In this document: positions 54,518-64,000 of the stretch, in pieces
Position numbering within the stretch: the stretch's first letter is position 1
Layout of the letters: each line of letters opens with the position of its first letter
IMG/VR virus record: IMGVR_UViG_3300021959_006010
Span: 62,001 to 126,000 of that record
Strand: one strand, 5' to 3'
DNA length: 64,000 nucleotides
Notes under the pieces: generated by a model
The model's database searches: none
Told to the model about the DNA's origin: nothing
What the model saw: the letters and a program-made list of their open reading frames with translations, nothing else
Made by a program: the position numbers and the translations under genes

Positions 54518-54928
54518 TTAATATTGTTGACCCATAAATGAGCTAGGATCAATTGTTGCATGTTCGCCGTCGCTATATTCTGCACCGATTGTAACACCGT
54601 CTGGTTTTTCATCTGAATATGCTAAAACGCTTTCTGTTTCAACCATACGAATTGTAACTTCGTTGCCGTTGATATCCATGTCTACGCCTCGTGTCCAACG
54701 ACCGTGTTCTACAAGGATCCAATCGCCTACTTCGTAAGGTTCGTTATTTTCTGGACCTTTTGCATGTACTCGAGCCCAACGTGGATATATACCTCGGGTT
54801 GTTCCGTCATCGTCTCTAAGGATTAATCCACTCTTTGTTTTTTGTTCTCCAAAATACATATCTTTTACAAGAACTCTATCACCGATAGGTCTTAGATCAC
54901 CTTTAATGCGATTTAAGTTTATAGCCAT
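54518..54928 (-). CDS. groES: GroES/Cpn10-like co-chaperonin
   Basis: LRPIGDRVLV, TKSGLIL, KGP, VGD.ILV. Confidence 0.8.
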   Translation of the reverse strand: MAINLNRIKGDLRPIGDRVLVKDMYFGEQKTKSGLILRDDDGTTRGIYPRWARVHAKGPENNEPYEVGDWILVEHGRWTRGVDMDINGNEVTIRMVETESVLAYSDEKPDGVTIGAEYSDGEHATIDPSSFMGQQY

Positions 54929-55344
54929 TATTCACCTTTTTTTACAAAATTGCCATCTTCGTCTTCTACCCATTCTGCATCCATTTCGTCAAATTCTTTT
55001 AATTCAGATGTTGAAGGGGTAGCTTCTTTTTGTACTTTTTGTTGTGCTCTAGTTGCTTTCTTAGGAGTAGTTTCTACAGTTGTAGTAACTTCTTCTGTAC
55101 TTGCTTGAGCAGCAACAGGCTTAGGAGTTTCTGAAGCAACAGGCTTAGTTTTATAATATTCCTTTGCAACATCTTCTCTCTTTTTAACAATCTTGCCACC
55201 GGGTCCAAGAATATCGCCTCTAGCGTTCATTCTTGCATTACCAACAGCAGGCGTCAATTCGTTCTTTTTACGTAGCAAGTCCATGTCAATTGACTTTCCT
55301 TGCATTGTTTTATAGACTGTACGTCCGTTTCTTCCAGCAGCCAT
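54928..55344 (-). CDS. hypothetical protein
   Basis: 138 aa; N-terminal NARGD.LGPGG motif, low-complexity tail. Confidence 0.75.
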   Translation of the reverse strand: MAAGRNGRTVYKTMQGKSIDMDLLRKKNELTPAVGNARMNARGDILGPGGKIVKKREDVAKEYYKTKPVASETPKPVAAQASTEEVTTTVETTPKKATRAQQKVQKEATPSTSELKEFDEMDAEWVEDEDGNFVKKGE

Positions 55345-55374
55345 TATAGCTCTCCTTTAAGTTATATACGTATA

Positions 55375-55382
55375 TATTTATT
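55375..55382 (-). promoter_or_regulatory. late promoter-like motif AATAAATA
   Basis: Intergenic variant of the recurrent motif. Confidence 0.4.
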
Positions 55383-55935
55383 ATCTCAAAAACTCTCGCC
55401 AATCAAGACTGTACTTGATTGAATTAATACGATGTACACCGATCAAATACAGCACATAACTGGCAACACTTGATCCACGTCCTACACCCCATACAATATC
55501 GTTCTCACGCATAAAGTCTACAAGATAAACCATATAGCGTAATAAGTCATTCATATCACGCTTTTTAAATTCTTGTAATTCTTCGTATGCTCTATCCCAT
55601 TCGGGTGTAGTTTCAATATGGAAATCCTCACACTGTAATTCTTCCATAAGTTTTGCCGCTACCCATTCTTCTATAGCAAGCGACTTATATTCTTCAGGCA
55701 TAAACCATTCGCCTTGACATACGCCGTCAAAAGTCTTTTGATCTACATCTAGTGGGATATACTTCTGTAGCTTGTCAAAGCCTTGCTCTTCCATAGCTGA
55801 GTTGAATTTGTCTACATCGTCTGATTCGTCACATAGTACAACGTGTACCTTATCCGCATGACCACTATAAATCATGTCGATAAGATCGCGATTAGAGAAT
55901 CGTGGAATACCTAGTTCGTCTGTTTTCATAAGCAT
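55381..55935 (-). CDS. truncated DNA polymerase III alpha (DnaE)-like fragment
   Basis: R..EEL...GVGRGSSVASYVLYLIGVHRINSIKYSL...FL matches the DnaE GPGRGS...FERFL block. Confidence 0.75.
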   Translation of the reverse strand: MLMKTDELGIPRFSNRDLIDMIYSGHADKVHVVLCDESDDVDKFNSAMEEQGFDKLQKYIPLDVDQKTFDGVCQGEWFMPEEYKSLAIEEWVAAKLMEELQCEDFHIETTPEWDRAYEELQEFKKRDMNDLLRYMVYLVDFMRENDIVWGVGRGSSVASYVLYLIGVHRINSIKYSLDWREFLR

Positions 55936-55941
55936 ATATGT

Positions 55942-55970
55942 ATTTTACGACACATTTATAAGATTGTCAA
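55942..55970 (-). promoter_or_regulatory. sigma70-type promoter
   Basis: TTGACA-N17-TAAAAT directly upstream of the DnaE fragment. Confidence 0.6.
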
Positions 55971-56187
55971 GAGAATCTTCACCGGAATCTTGACCATCTC
56001 GTTGTCTTTGCATAGCAACGGCACTTCTTGTACGTAACTCTTCTTTATACATATTAAGGACTGTTGCAATTTGACTTTGCAAATCAGGATTGTTTGTAAG
56101 AAAATACTTCCTACTTAATTCATTAATTTTATCATCTATTTGATTGTCTGATAACTCAGAAAAACTATCAACCAAAGGATTAAACAT
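55945..56187 (-). CDS. hypothetical protein
   Basis: 80 aa helical ORF; TAATG coupling. Confidence 0.7.
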   Translation of the reverse strand: MFNPLVDSFSELSDNQIDDKINELSRKYFLTNNPDLQSQIATVLNMYKEELRTRSAVAMQRQRDGQDSGEDSLDNLINVS

Positions 56188-56771
56188 TATGAGAATTGTC
56201 CCAAATATCTAGCAAAAATAGTTACACCACCGTCGTTTGTAAAAAACTCTATAATTGTTGATACATCAGTGTCAGCTGGAGTAGTTAGTGCTGACCCTGT
56301 CCATGCTGCATCTCCGTCAGTTTTAATAGCACCAACAGCACCATTAAAAGTAATGTCACGTGCAGTACCATCATCAATTAATTCAATTCTCATTGTGCCA
56401 AAACGCTCGCTAGTTGGCCAATCTGCTAGTGTAATACTTAATGTTCCAGCAACAGTTACTTTTTGGTAGTGTCCGTTGATAAAACTTATTGTTGTGTCGG
56501 CATCAATAGTTCCGCCAATATAACCTTTAAAAGTTGATTGTTGGAAGTCAGCATCAATAATAAGACTGCCTGCCATATTATTTTCTAATGTGCTGTCTGT
56601 TAATGCGTCCTTTAAAACTGCTTTACTTTGAATATCTTCAATTTCAGCTTTTGCTGCGGCAAGACTGTTTTTGATAGTGCTGAAATTATCTCTAAATCCT
56701 TGGCTATCATTATCTCTGCCAGCAACAGGGTATTCTGCATCAATTGAACTACTATCTATGTTACTTGCCAT
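56187..56771 (-). CDS. putative structural protein
   Basis: 194 aa; N-terminal YPVAGRDNDSQGFRDNF, coiled coil, beta-rich C-terminus. Confidence 0.65.
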   Translation of the reverse strand: MASNIDSSSIDAEYPVAGRDNDSQGFRDNFSTIKNSLAAAKAEIEDIQSKAVLKDALTDSTLENNMAGSLIIDADFQQSTFKGYIGGTIDADTTISFINGHYQKVTVAGTLSITLADWPTSERFGTMRIELIDDGTARDITFNGAVGAIKTDGDAAWTGSALTTPADTDVSTIIEFFTNDGGVTIFARYLGQFS

Positions 56772-56793
56772 TTAAATTTCCTCTTTCTAAAAC

Positions 56794-56801
56794 TATTTAT
56801 C
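56794..56801 (-). promoter_or_regulatory. late promoter-like motif GATAAATA
   Basis: Recurrent intergenic motif. Confidence 0.55.
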
Positions 56802-56805
56802 GACA

Positions 56806-59800
56806 TTATACGTTAAAACTATAATTTGCGAATACAATATATTGCTCTTCTGATTTTCCTAGAGTAGAATCAATAATATACCTATCAGCAGTAAAATCAA
56901 TTTTCTTTAAATCAAAATCTTTATTCTGTATGTTAAGCAAAACTTCTCCACTTTTTCCAGGTTTACAATATGCCAAAGGAACTGCTGGAACATATGCAAG
57001 AGCTCCTATACTTCCTTCTTGTGGTGTTCGCATCCATAACGGTAAAAAGTCTGTTTGAACTGCTCCGATATCTCTAATTCTATCTTGCATATTTTGTAAG
57101 TTAGAAATATACTTTACATTATCTCTAGTTTGGTTAACTTTTATTGCGTTTGAGTCTGCTTTAGTTGTATTTGTTTCTGGTCTAAATCTCCAAGGTTCAC
57201 TATCTGTTGGAGTAGTAGAAACATTTACTTCTGTACTGTCTCTTAGTATAACATCTAAATCATCGTTGTCAACAGATTGTGTAATATCTCCGTCTCGTGT
57301 ACTAACAGTCAAACGCTCATTATCTAAGTCAACTGAATCAGTTGACGATCTTCCTTGTATTTCAATTTGTGGCGTACCAGTTCTATACTTTGTAACATCA
57401 TCTTTTACTGCATAAGAAACACTATCTGCTGTAATATGCTTGCCACCTTTTATTTTAAATTGTTTTGCTGCTTCGCCTTGTTTAGGCTGTGCTGGATCGA
57501 TTATTTCTACATATACTACTTCGTAAACTATCTCATTAGTTCCGGGTTTTTTAGCAAATGCTGTTTTTATTTCTCCGAAACGAAAACGTTTTTTCTTATG
57601 ATTTTTAGAAATAGCACTAACATATTCACTTATATCCTTTGTTTCAACTCCAGCAAAGGCTAGCATTTTAATACTTGTCTGCAATCCAAATTCAGGATCG
57701 TTTGGTCTATAAATTGTTTCTGGAGGAAATATGTCAGGATCGCTAACAAAAACTCTGTATTCATCTCTCATCGATGGTTCAATAAGTGGACTGATGTACA
57801 AGTTACTATACAGTGTTTCCTCTAAGTCGAGAACAGTTAAACTAAATTCTTGTTCAACTGCACTGTATTGAAATCTGTCCTGTGCCTTAATAGTAAACCT
57901 AAATGTCCTGTCAATGCTAGTTGTTGATGTATCAAATAATGTATTCCCCCCATCAAATCTTGTAAGACCGAGTGTAGTTTCTGTTTCAAATTGGGACGGC
58001 TTACCTATTAATTCTCCATCATAACTCAAATACATGCCTGGAGGCATTGTTCCACTTGTTACCTCATATACAAGAGGTGCGTTTGGAATTGTAGTTGTTG
58101 CATCAACTCTAATAGTACTTACAGAATTAGCTTGAATAGTTCCTAGGTTTGAATTTGTAGTAAATTGAATAGTACTGTCAACTTCGCCTAATATGTTAAG
58201 AGTAAATGTTTTAGATGTATAAGGGTTGTTAATATCTTCGTTAGCGTCAGTGGAGATTGATTTAACAAACGAATCTTTTTCTTTCAATGCCCAACTAATA
58301 GTTTGACCTTGTTGGAAACTTCTTGTTAAAACATTATCTAATTTAACTCTTTCAATAGCATCTTCAGTAACTGTATATATTGCTGCATCACCTGGACTAA
58401 CAAAAATAGTTTCTATTCTTGAACGACGAGTTTCTGCTGTTTTTGCAGTTATAAACCTAATTCTATTAGTTGTTGCTTCGTAAACTTCTGCTGAAAATCC
58501 TGTTAATTGTTCTAAAACTCTTTTTATCTTTTCTGCAAATGTTTCAACGATTGGATCACCATCATCATCTGTGATGTTTTCAATTTCTGTTACTACATCC
58601 CAGTTTATTTCTAAATCTGCAAAATCACTCTCAATATCCCATTCTACGTAAGGGAATATACTTTCGATTGTGTAGACTTCGGTATCGGAGTAATTAAATT
58701 TTGTATTTTGTAATAGTTCTCTAGATTGATAATCAACACTATTAATATAAAAGAAGTCAACTCCACTTGGAACAATATCGTATGTTTGTATAAAGAAATT
58801 CGGACGTAATGTATCAGTTAAGTAAACTATATCATACTCTTCTTGAGTGTTATCAACACTGTTTATAATATAAAAGTTTCCTTTAAGTTCGAGTATTTGT
58901 CCTCGAAGAGCAGCAACATCATCTATTCCGTCTGCTGTTCCAATAGGAAGTTTTCCTATTTTAAAATTGTTAACGCCAGCAAACGTATCTTCAAGTACTG
59001 TACCAGTAATTTCTGCATAATCTGTATCACCAGTAAATCGTGTTGCTCTAATAGTAAATTTATATTCTTGTGTTACCGCAGGTTGATAAGGAATTCTTCC
59101 TACAATTTCTCCATTAAGACTGTCTAATGATAATCCTTCTGGTAATCTACTAGGTGTACCATCGTCATTAGTTTCGTCTTCTGTGTAAATTACGTTTCCG
59201 CTTAATGTATAGTCATCAACTATATCAAGGTACAATGTTACATAATTGTTTGCACGTTTATAACCTAAATTAGCAGGGGTTATCCAAACTGGTGTTCTAA
59301 TGTGTGTTATGTCAGCAGTAAATACACCAGTACCAACTTTCATAACAGAGTTGTCTGCACGTAAGAAATCATCACCAACTACGTACATTTCAAATTCTCT
59401 GCGCGATATACTGTCACCGTCTGATACTGATACTGCGAATCTGTAGCGTCTGTTTAATTTTTTAAGACTTTGTGTCTTAAAACTAAAATCATATGTTTCT
59501 GTATCATAGAAAAATGTTCCAAAGCCGTTATCGCTATAGAACGCAAAATCCATAGGAAACTCACCATAAGGATTTGTATCATAACCTCCTGAACCTGCAC
59601 GTTTGTCTAATGCTAATAAAGGTTCCACAACTCCGACTATTCTACCGTCACTAGTAAGTTGTAATCCTGGAGGCAAAATACCATCACCCGAAGCAATAAA
59701 ATATTCTAGCTCGTCTCCGGCTGACGTATCAGAATCGATAGCAACTAATTGATAGTCGATAATTTCTGAATCTAAAACAAATAGTCGAGAATTTATTGCA

Positions 59801-60111
59801 GCTAACAGTCCTTCGTTTGTAATCCATTGCGGATCATCTGGACCTACTACTAAGATATTAAATGTTATATCTTCAAATGTATAATCATTTGTTGCTCTAA
59901 TTACAAATTTGTAATTTGTATCTCTTGGAACTTCAAATGGAGTACCTACAAGCTTTAATCCTTCGATTCTCATTCCAGGAGGCATGTTTCCTGCTATTTT
60001 TTGTAATTGAAGAGATTCATCGTAATCAATAGGTAATTGTATCTCGGTTGTTACTTTTTCTTGTAATGTTGCTATAACACTATTATTGTTTGCTTTCCAG
60101 AGAGATGCCAT
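56806..60111 (-). CDS. large structural protein with Ig-like (He_PIG-type) repeats, baseplate/tail
   Basis: Repeats G.(L/M)P.G(L/M).(L/I)...G.(I/L)VG.P about 4 times (GNMPPGM, GILPPGL, RLPEGL, GTMPPGM). Confidence 0.7.
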   Translation of the reverse strand: MASLWKANNNSVIATLQEKVTTEIQLPIDYDESLQLQKIAGNMPPGMRIEGLKLVGTPFEVPRDTNYKFVIRATNDYTFEDITFNILVVGPDDPQWITNEGLLAAINSRLFVLDSEIIDYQLVAIDSDTSAGDELEYFIASGDGILPPGLQLTSDGRIVGVVEPLLALDKRAGSGGYDTNPYGEFPMDFAFYSDNGFGTFFYDTETYDFSFKTQSLKKLNRRYRFAVSVSDGDSISRREFEMYVVGDDFLRADNSVMKVGTGVFTADITHIRTPVWITPANLGYKRANNYVTLYLDIVDDYTLSGNVIYTEDETNDDGTPSRLPEGLSLDSLNGEIVGRIPYQPAVTQEYKFTIRATRFTGDTDYAEITGTVLEDTFAGVNNFKIGKLPIGTADGIDDVAALRGQILELKGNFYIINSVDNTQEEYDIVYLTDTLRPNFFIQTYDIVPSGVDFFYINSVDYQSRELLQNTKFNYSDTEVYTIESIFPYVEWDIESDFADLEINWDVVTEIENITDDDGDPIVETFAEKIKRVLEQLTGFSAEVYEATTNRIRFITAKTAETRRSRIETIFVSPGDAAIYTVTEDAIERVKLDNVLTRSFQQGQTISWALKEKDSFVKSISTDANEDINNPYTSKTFTLNILGEVDSTIQFTTNSNLGTIQANSVSTIRVDATTTIPNAPLVYEVTSGTMPPGMYLSYDGELIGKPSQFETETTLGLTRFDGGNTLFDTSTTSIDRTFRFTIKAQDRFQYSAVEQEFSLTVLDLEETLYSNLYISPLIEPSMRDEYRVFVSDPDIFPPETIYRPNDPEFGLQTSIKMLAFAGVETKDISEYVSAISKNHKKKRFRFGEIKTAFAKKPGTNEIVYEVVYVEIIDPAQPKQGEAAKQFKIKGGKHITADSVSYAVKDDVTKYRTGTPQIEIQGRSSTDSVDLDNERLTVSTRDGDITQSVDNDDLDVILRDSTEVNVSTTPTDSEPWRFRPETNTTKADSNAIKVNQTRDNVKYISNLQNMQDRIRDIGAVQTDFLPLWMRTPQEGSIGALAYVPAVPLAYCKPGKSGEVLLNIQNKDFDLKKIDFTADRYIIDSTLGKSEEQYIVFANYSFNV

Positions 60112-60134
60112 GCGTTAGTTTCCTTTTACAATAA

Positions 60135-60142
60135 TATTTATC
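60135..60142 (-). promoter_or_regulatory. late promoter-like motif GATAAATA
   Basis: Recurrent intergenic motif. Confidence 0.55.
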
Positions 60143-60145
60143 GTA

Positions 60146-60877
60146 TTAAATAAAGGATCCTAAATCAAGTACAGTAGACGAAGGGTCGGCTAGTGTTCCA
60201 AAATCAACAGGTAAACTTACTTTAACAAGATCATACATTGTGTTAAGCTCTAAACTCAATGATCCAAAATCAACTGTTGTAAAGAACGGATCGTGTGTAC
60301 GAATGTCAATATCGTGTACATTTCCAGTTACATTTCCTACTACTGGTCCTGTTAAGTTACCTTGAAATGCTGCTGCTACTAATGATGCAGTAATTTGCCC
60401 TGCATTAGTTATATTTTGTCCATTTGCATCTAGTTCTCCAGCAAGCTGAGGAGATGTGTCTTCTGCTAGTACTGAAAGTTTAGTATTATCAATTTTAATA
60501 CCCAAGCCATCATAACTAGTTGAAATTCCGGTGTTGCCTTGTATTCTTACAACTTCGCCGTCTGCTACATGTACACTTCCGTTGTCAGTTACAAATATCA
60601 AGTTTTGCAATCCGCCTGTTGCGCTAAGACTTATCTTGTTCTCAAATTCTGTTACTGTTACGTTAGTACCTGCTTCGATACTTTTAAATTCTAAATTATA
60701 TCCTTGGCGTTGTTTAAAGATTCCGGCACCTCCGCCAACATTAGCACCTTCTGTTTTATCGTCAATACGTAAATCAAGGTCTTCAAAATTTTGATTAATT
60801 TTTACAAAAGCCTCGCGGAGATCGTCACCAGTACCATCATTAGCTGCTGCTCCTACGTTAATCATCTCAATTGCCAT
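60146..60877 (-). CDS. baseplate/fibre protein with T4 gp9/gp10-like N-terminus
   Basis: INVGAAANDGTGDDLREAFVKINQNF. Confidence 0.75.
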   Translation of the reverse strand: MAIEMINVGAAANDGTGDDLREAFVKINQNFEDLDLRIDDKTEGANVGGGAGIFKQRQGYNLEFKSIEAGTNVTVTEFENKISLSATGGLQNLIFVTDNGSVHVADGEVVRIQGNTGISTSYDGLGIKIDNTKLSVLAEDTSPQLAGELDANGQNITNAGQITASLVAAAFQGNLTGPVVGNVTGNVHDIDIRTHDPFFTTVDFGSLSLELNTMYDLVKVSLPVDFGTLADPSSTVLDLGSFI

Positions 60878-60900
60878 TTAATATCTCCGTTTATTGTATA

Positions 60901-60908
60901 TATTTATG
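60901..60908 (-). promoter_or_regulatory. late promoter-like motif CATAAATA
   Basis: Variant motif upstream of the 60877 gene. Confidence 0.45.
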
Positions 60909-62568
60909 TGCCGTATTTTCTTACTCTAGGTCTTGGATATGCTTTTGAATATCCAGCTGTATCTCTTATCCAATAGTTTGACTCTGGCCATAAAGTTCCG
61001 TTTTCCGGTCTTTCGTTATAGTGATACAAATATCTATCTGCTGCACCTTGTAAAGCAGTATAGTCTGTGTAGCCACCGCCGGTGTCTCCTATTTGTCCAG
61101 CTTTTGCATGATGGAACAAATAATCCCTTGCATCTTGTTGGGTCATCCATGGATACATTTCCATTGCACACGCAAGTACTCCGCACACTTGAGGACTTGC
61201 CATTGATGTTCCTGTTATTTTTGCAAGTGCATAGGTTGCACCTGTTCTTGGATCTAAATTTCCGCCATAAGATGTAAGAGTATTAACACTACTTTGTATT
61301 TGAGTGCCAGGTGCCCATATGTCTACACGAGGTCCACAGTTACTACTATCTGCTTGATATTCTTGGAATAGTGTTCCAACATTTCCTACACAAATAACAT
61401 CGTCTGCTGCTTGAGGTGCACCACCTTCGTGGAAGTAGTAAGTACTACCTGCTACAAATCTGTTGTCGAAATCATTGCCACCTTGTACATCCATTAAAGA
61501 ATAATTGTTTCCAGCGGCTGCAACAACTAGGATCCCTTCATTAATTGCGTCTCTAATATCTAATTCTAGTGCATTATATCTAGCTGGCACAACAGCAGTT
61601 AAAGTTCCTTGTATATTAAAAACTGTGATTCCATAACTTGCAAGTGTACCAGAACTAAACGGTGCATTTGAATCAGTTACTCCCTGAGATACAACAGAAG
61701 TAATATTTGCAATAGGAATCTGGAAACTATATCCCCAACTGTTATTTGTAATTGTAGGATTTTTTCTTCCAGTATCTGGATTTACTGCTTTGTTTTGATG
61801 CCATACTCTAACATAATCAAAAAGCGATAAAGCACTTAAAGCATTTACATTTGTGCCATACGGGTTAATATTATAAATGTTTGAACGTCGAGCCCACCCT
61901 TGTGTGTTTCCGCAGGCTGTTCCTGCAACGTGCGATCCGTGACTGTTGTCATCAGTTAAGTCGGTGCTTCCGTTATCATATGGAGTATACACATAATTTC
62001 CGTTTGCGCCGCCTGTGACTTGGTTAGTAATACTAAACCAATTGAACTGATTTACTCTACTACCTCCAGTACCATCCGAGTTAACAGCATACTCAGGATG
62101 CGCAGGATCAAAGTGTCCATCAATAATTACAACATCAACATCTTTGCCTGTTGTTTGAACGTTAATTGTCCCGCTTTGGTTTGAAACAAAAACTCCTCCG
62201 TTCGATCCCCAGTTTCCACGTTGTGTGCCTTCGTATACTCTAAGTAATCCCCAGTTGACATCGTTTACATCTTCAATTGAACTTTTATCAAAATTAGAAC
62301 TAGTCTGCTCGTAAAAACGTGTGACTACCATTCCTAATTCTTCCGGAGTAAGAGATACGCCGATTACTCGCGGATCGTTTTTAACTTGTTCTGCTTCTTC
62401 TTCAGTAAGCATATAATGCGTATTTCTACTTGGAATTCTTCTGTTGGCTACGTCAACTGCACGATCAGGAATATATAAATTTCCTCCCGGAGTTTCCATA
62501 TCGTTGTAGAAATCGTCCAGTTCTTCTTTACTTCTTAGTGATACTACATATTCTCTTAATTCAGACAT
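60904..62568 (-). CDS. subtilisin-like S8 serine protease with I9-like prodomain
   Basis: Catalytic triad VIIDG, HGSHVAG, GTSMASP; oxyanion AAGN. Confidence 0.92.
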   Translation of the reverse strand: MSELREYVVSLRSKEELDDFYNDMETPGGNLYIPDRAVDVANRRIPSRNTHYMLTEEEAEQVKNDPRVIGVSLTPEELGMVVTRFYEQTSSNFDKSSIEDVNDVNWGLLRVYEGTQRGNWGSNGGVFVSNQSGTINVQTTGKDVDVVIIDGHFDPAHPEYAVNSDGTGGSRVNQFNWFSITNQVTGGANGNYVYTPYDNGSTDLTDDNSHGSHVAGTACGNTQGWARRSNIYNINPYGTNVNALSALSLFDYVRVWHQNKAVNPDTGRKNPTITNNSWGYSFQIPIANITSVVSQGVTDSNAPFSSGTLASYGITVFNIQGTLTAVVPARYNALELDIRDAINEGILVVAAAGNNYSLMDVQGGNDFDNRFVAGSTYYFHEGGAPQAADDVICVGNVGTLFQEYQADSSNCGPRVDIWAPGTQIQSSVNTLTSYGGNLDPRTGATYALAKITGTSMASPQVCGVLACAMEMYPWMTQQDARDYLFHHAKAGQIGDTGGGYTDYTALQGAADRYLYHYNERPENGTLWPESNYWIRDTAGYSKAYPRPRVRKYGT

Positions 62569-62569
62569 A

Positions 62570-64000
62570 TTACGCCTCTATTTGTACTACTGTTACAGTT
62601 ACAGTAATTGTTCTTGTTGTTCCACTTAAATTTCTTACAATTATTGGAACATCATTTGTAACAGGTGATTCGTCATTAAAACCAATTACCCCTGGTGTTA
62701 ATTTTACAGTTTGTGCGCCAACTGTTACAACTTCAGAGATTAAACCACTAACATTGATAGGATCTACATCAATGGATCTACCACTATCAGTTGATCTCGA
62801 ATTAGCATCGGTATAAATTCTTACCCACGCTGCTGCGTCTGTTTCTATTTTGTATAAAATATATCCTGGGAATGTAAGTGATAAAGTTGCAAGTGCTTGA
62901 CTTTGATCAGTTAAACTAGAAGTAGTAACTTGGAAAGTTGTTCTGCTTCCTAAACTGGTTCCGCCGCCGCCACCACTCGGTGTAACGTTTTGCCAGTCCG
63001 AAGTAGCTGCTTGATATGTTAAAACTTGTCCATCAGTCGGACTTGTAATTTTAACATTAGTAATATCATTGATATCAGCAACAGTTCCGCCACTTGCAGG
63101 AGCATTTGGCTCCCAGTTACCAGTGCTACTATTATACGAAATTATATCTCCGTTGTTAGCTCCAGCACCTAGGTCTACATCTGTTAACGTATCTAATGTT
63201 GTTGCGCCGCCACCGCCGCTCGGTGTTTGGAACGTAAAATTACCTGCGCCATCTGTTGTTAATACTTGCCCGGCAATTAAACCGTCTACTATTCCAAGAT
63301 CGGTTAGTACAGTCGGTACATCTGCATCATTTGCTAGTTTATTCCACGCACCTCCATGTGCAAAGTACATTGCAGCATCTGCGTGGCTATGTGCTATTGC
63401 TCCGTGCCATGTTGTTGCATTTGGAAATGCTAATTGATCTACATAGTATTGACGAACAGGTTGTGCAGCAATAGCTGAATCAGATGCAATATATCCTGTG
63501 TCGTTATCAAAATTAATTGTAAGTGTTTGTCCAGTGATAGTAGTACTTAAATCAATTCCGCCTGTTACTGTTAAAATAGTATTGGTACTATTTGCTGTTA
63601 CACTTCCGTTATCGGAACTTACTGTACTGAAAATGTTTTGTGTTCCGCCGCCTGCGGATATAGTTGTAAATATAAAATTACCACTACCGTCTGTAGAAAG
63701 CACTTGACCGTTTGAACCATCGGCAATACCAAGATCAGTAAGTGTTGTTGGAACAGTAGACGATAGCGCATAGTTAGAAAGAGTTGACGATAAGAAACTG
63801 CTAGTTACATAGTTAGCCAGTTGTCCTGATAAAAATGATCCATCTACAAAATCTTGGTCATTTGTAAATGCACTTAACACTGTTGGTCTATTTATTACAT
63901 CAGTCCATTGTCCTGTAAATGCAAGCGTACTTAAACTTCCTGGCTGTACTGCTGACGTAGCAAGAGCTCCTTGTGCTGCTGTTGCAGCATCAGTAATACC
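62570..64000 (-). CDS. tail fibre-like protein, 5' end beyond window
   Basis: Frame is open to 64000; repeats PT.LTDLGI.DG..GQVL.TDG.GNF; Gly runs; AHSH...YFAHGGAW module. Confidence 0.75.
   Translation of the reverse strand, partial: GITDAATAAQGALATSAVQPGSLSTLAFTGQWTDVINRPTVLSAFTNDQDFVDGSFLSGQLANYVTSSFLSSTLSNYALSSTVPTTLTDLGIADGSNGQVLSTDGSGNFIFTTISAGGGTQNIFSTVSSDNGSVTANSTNTILTVTGGIDLSTTITGQTLTINFDNDTGYIASDSAIAAQPVRQYYVDQLAFPNATTWHGAIAHSHADAAMYFAHGGAWNKLANDADVPTVLTDLGIVDGLIAGQVLTTDGAGNFTFQTPSGGGGATTLDTLTDVDLGAGANNGDIISYNSSTGNWEPNAPASGGTVADINDITNVKITSPTDGQVLTYQAATSDWQNVTPSGGGGGTSLGSRTTFQVTTSSLTDQSQALATLSLTFPGYILYKIETDAAAWVRIYTDANSRSTDSGRSIDVDPINVSGLISEVVTVGAQTVKLTPGVIGFNDESPVTNDVPIIVRNLSGTTRTITVTVTVVQIEA

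Noticed and set aside
697-63707. Many plus-strand and short alternate-frame ORFs in the track (e.g. 3812..4243, 31855..32223, 41389..41784, 63069..63437)
   Set aside because: They are antisense shadows of well-supported minus-strand genes with no motifs; only phoH is credible on the plus strand.
1-64000. tRNA, rRNA, CRISPR array, intron/intein, transposase
   Set aside because: No T-loop/cloverleaf, spaced repeats, intein or homing-endonuclease motifs were seen by eye; the polymerase has normal length. tRNAscan and Infernal were not run.
1-64000. Stop-codon reassignment, as in some large phages
   Set aside because: Long genes read through intact in code 11, and TAA, TAG and TGA all end genes flush with the next start.

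Overview
This AT-rich 64 kb window comes from a large tailed dsDNA bacteriophage, probably a T4-related or jumbo-type myovirus of aquatic origin. An alphaproteobacterial host is inferred from the FdxA, BI-1/YccA and GapR/DsbA-like genes. Genes are densely packed and all credible ones are on the minus strand except phoH. From the right end leftward (direction of transcription): (1) tail/baseplate genes including a subtilase; (2) a DnaE fragment, GroES, BI-1, clamp loader and dTTP synthesis genes; (3) phoH; (4) a lysis cassette (GH19 endolysin, overlapping spanins, NlpC/P60 lipoprotein, lipase, EF-hand membrane protein); (5) DnaJ, peptide deformylase and ClpA; (6) a block of proteins with T4-like capsid-targeting and prohead-protease motifs, interrupted by radical SAM genes; (7) family B DNA polymerase followed by sugar-nucleotide genes and a 7-deazaguanine cluster (DpdA-like, QueD, glycosyltransferase, PRTase, HIT, FolE, QueE; no QueC in the window); (8) a 5'-3' exonuclease and a MoxR/VWA pair; (9) a tail fibre, a desaturase and a B12 radical SAM enzyme. 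No tRNA, rRNA, CRISPR array or mobile element was seen. The leading candidates for an undescribed system are a QueC-less deazaguanine pathway coupled to glycosylation and a set of capsid-packaged, protease-processed polyprotein cargo. All family assignments come from motif recognition by eye; no database searches were run.
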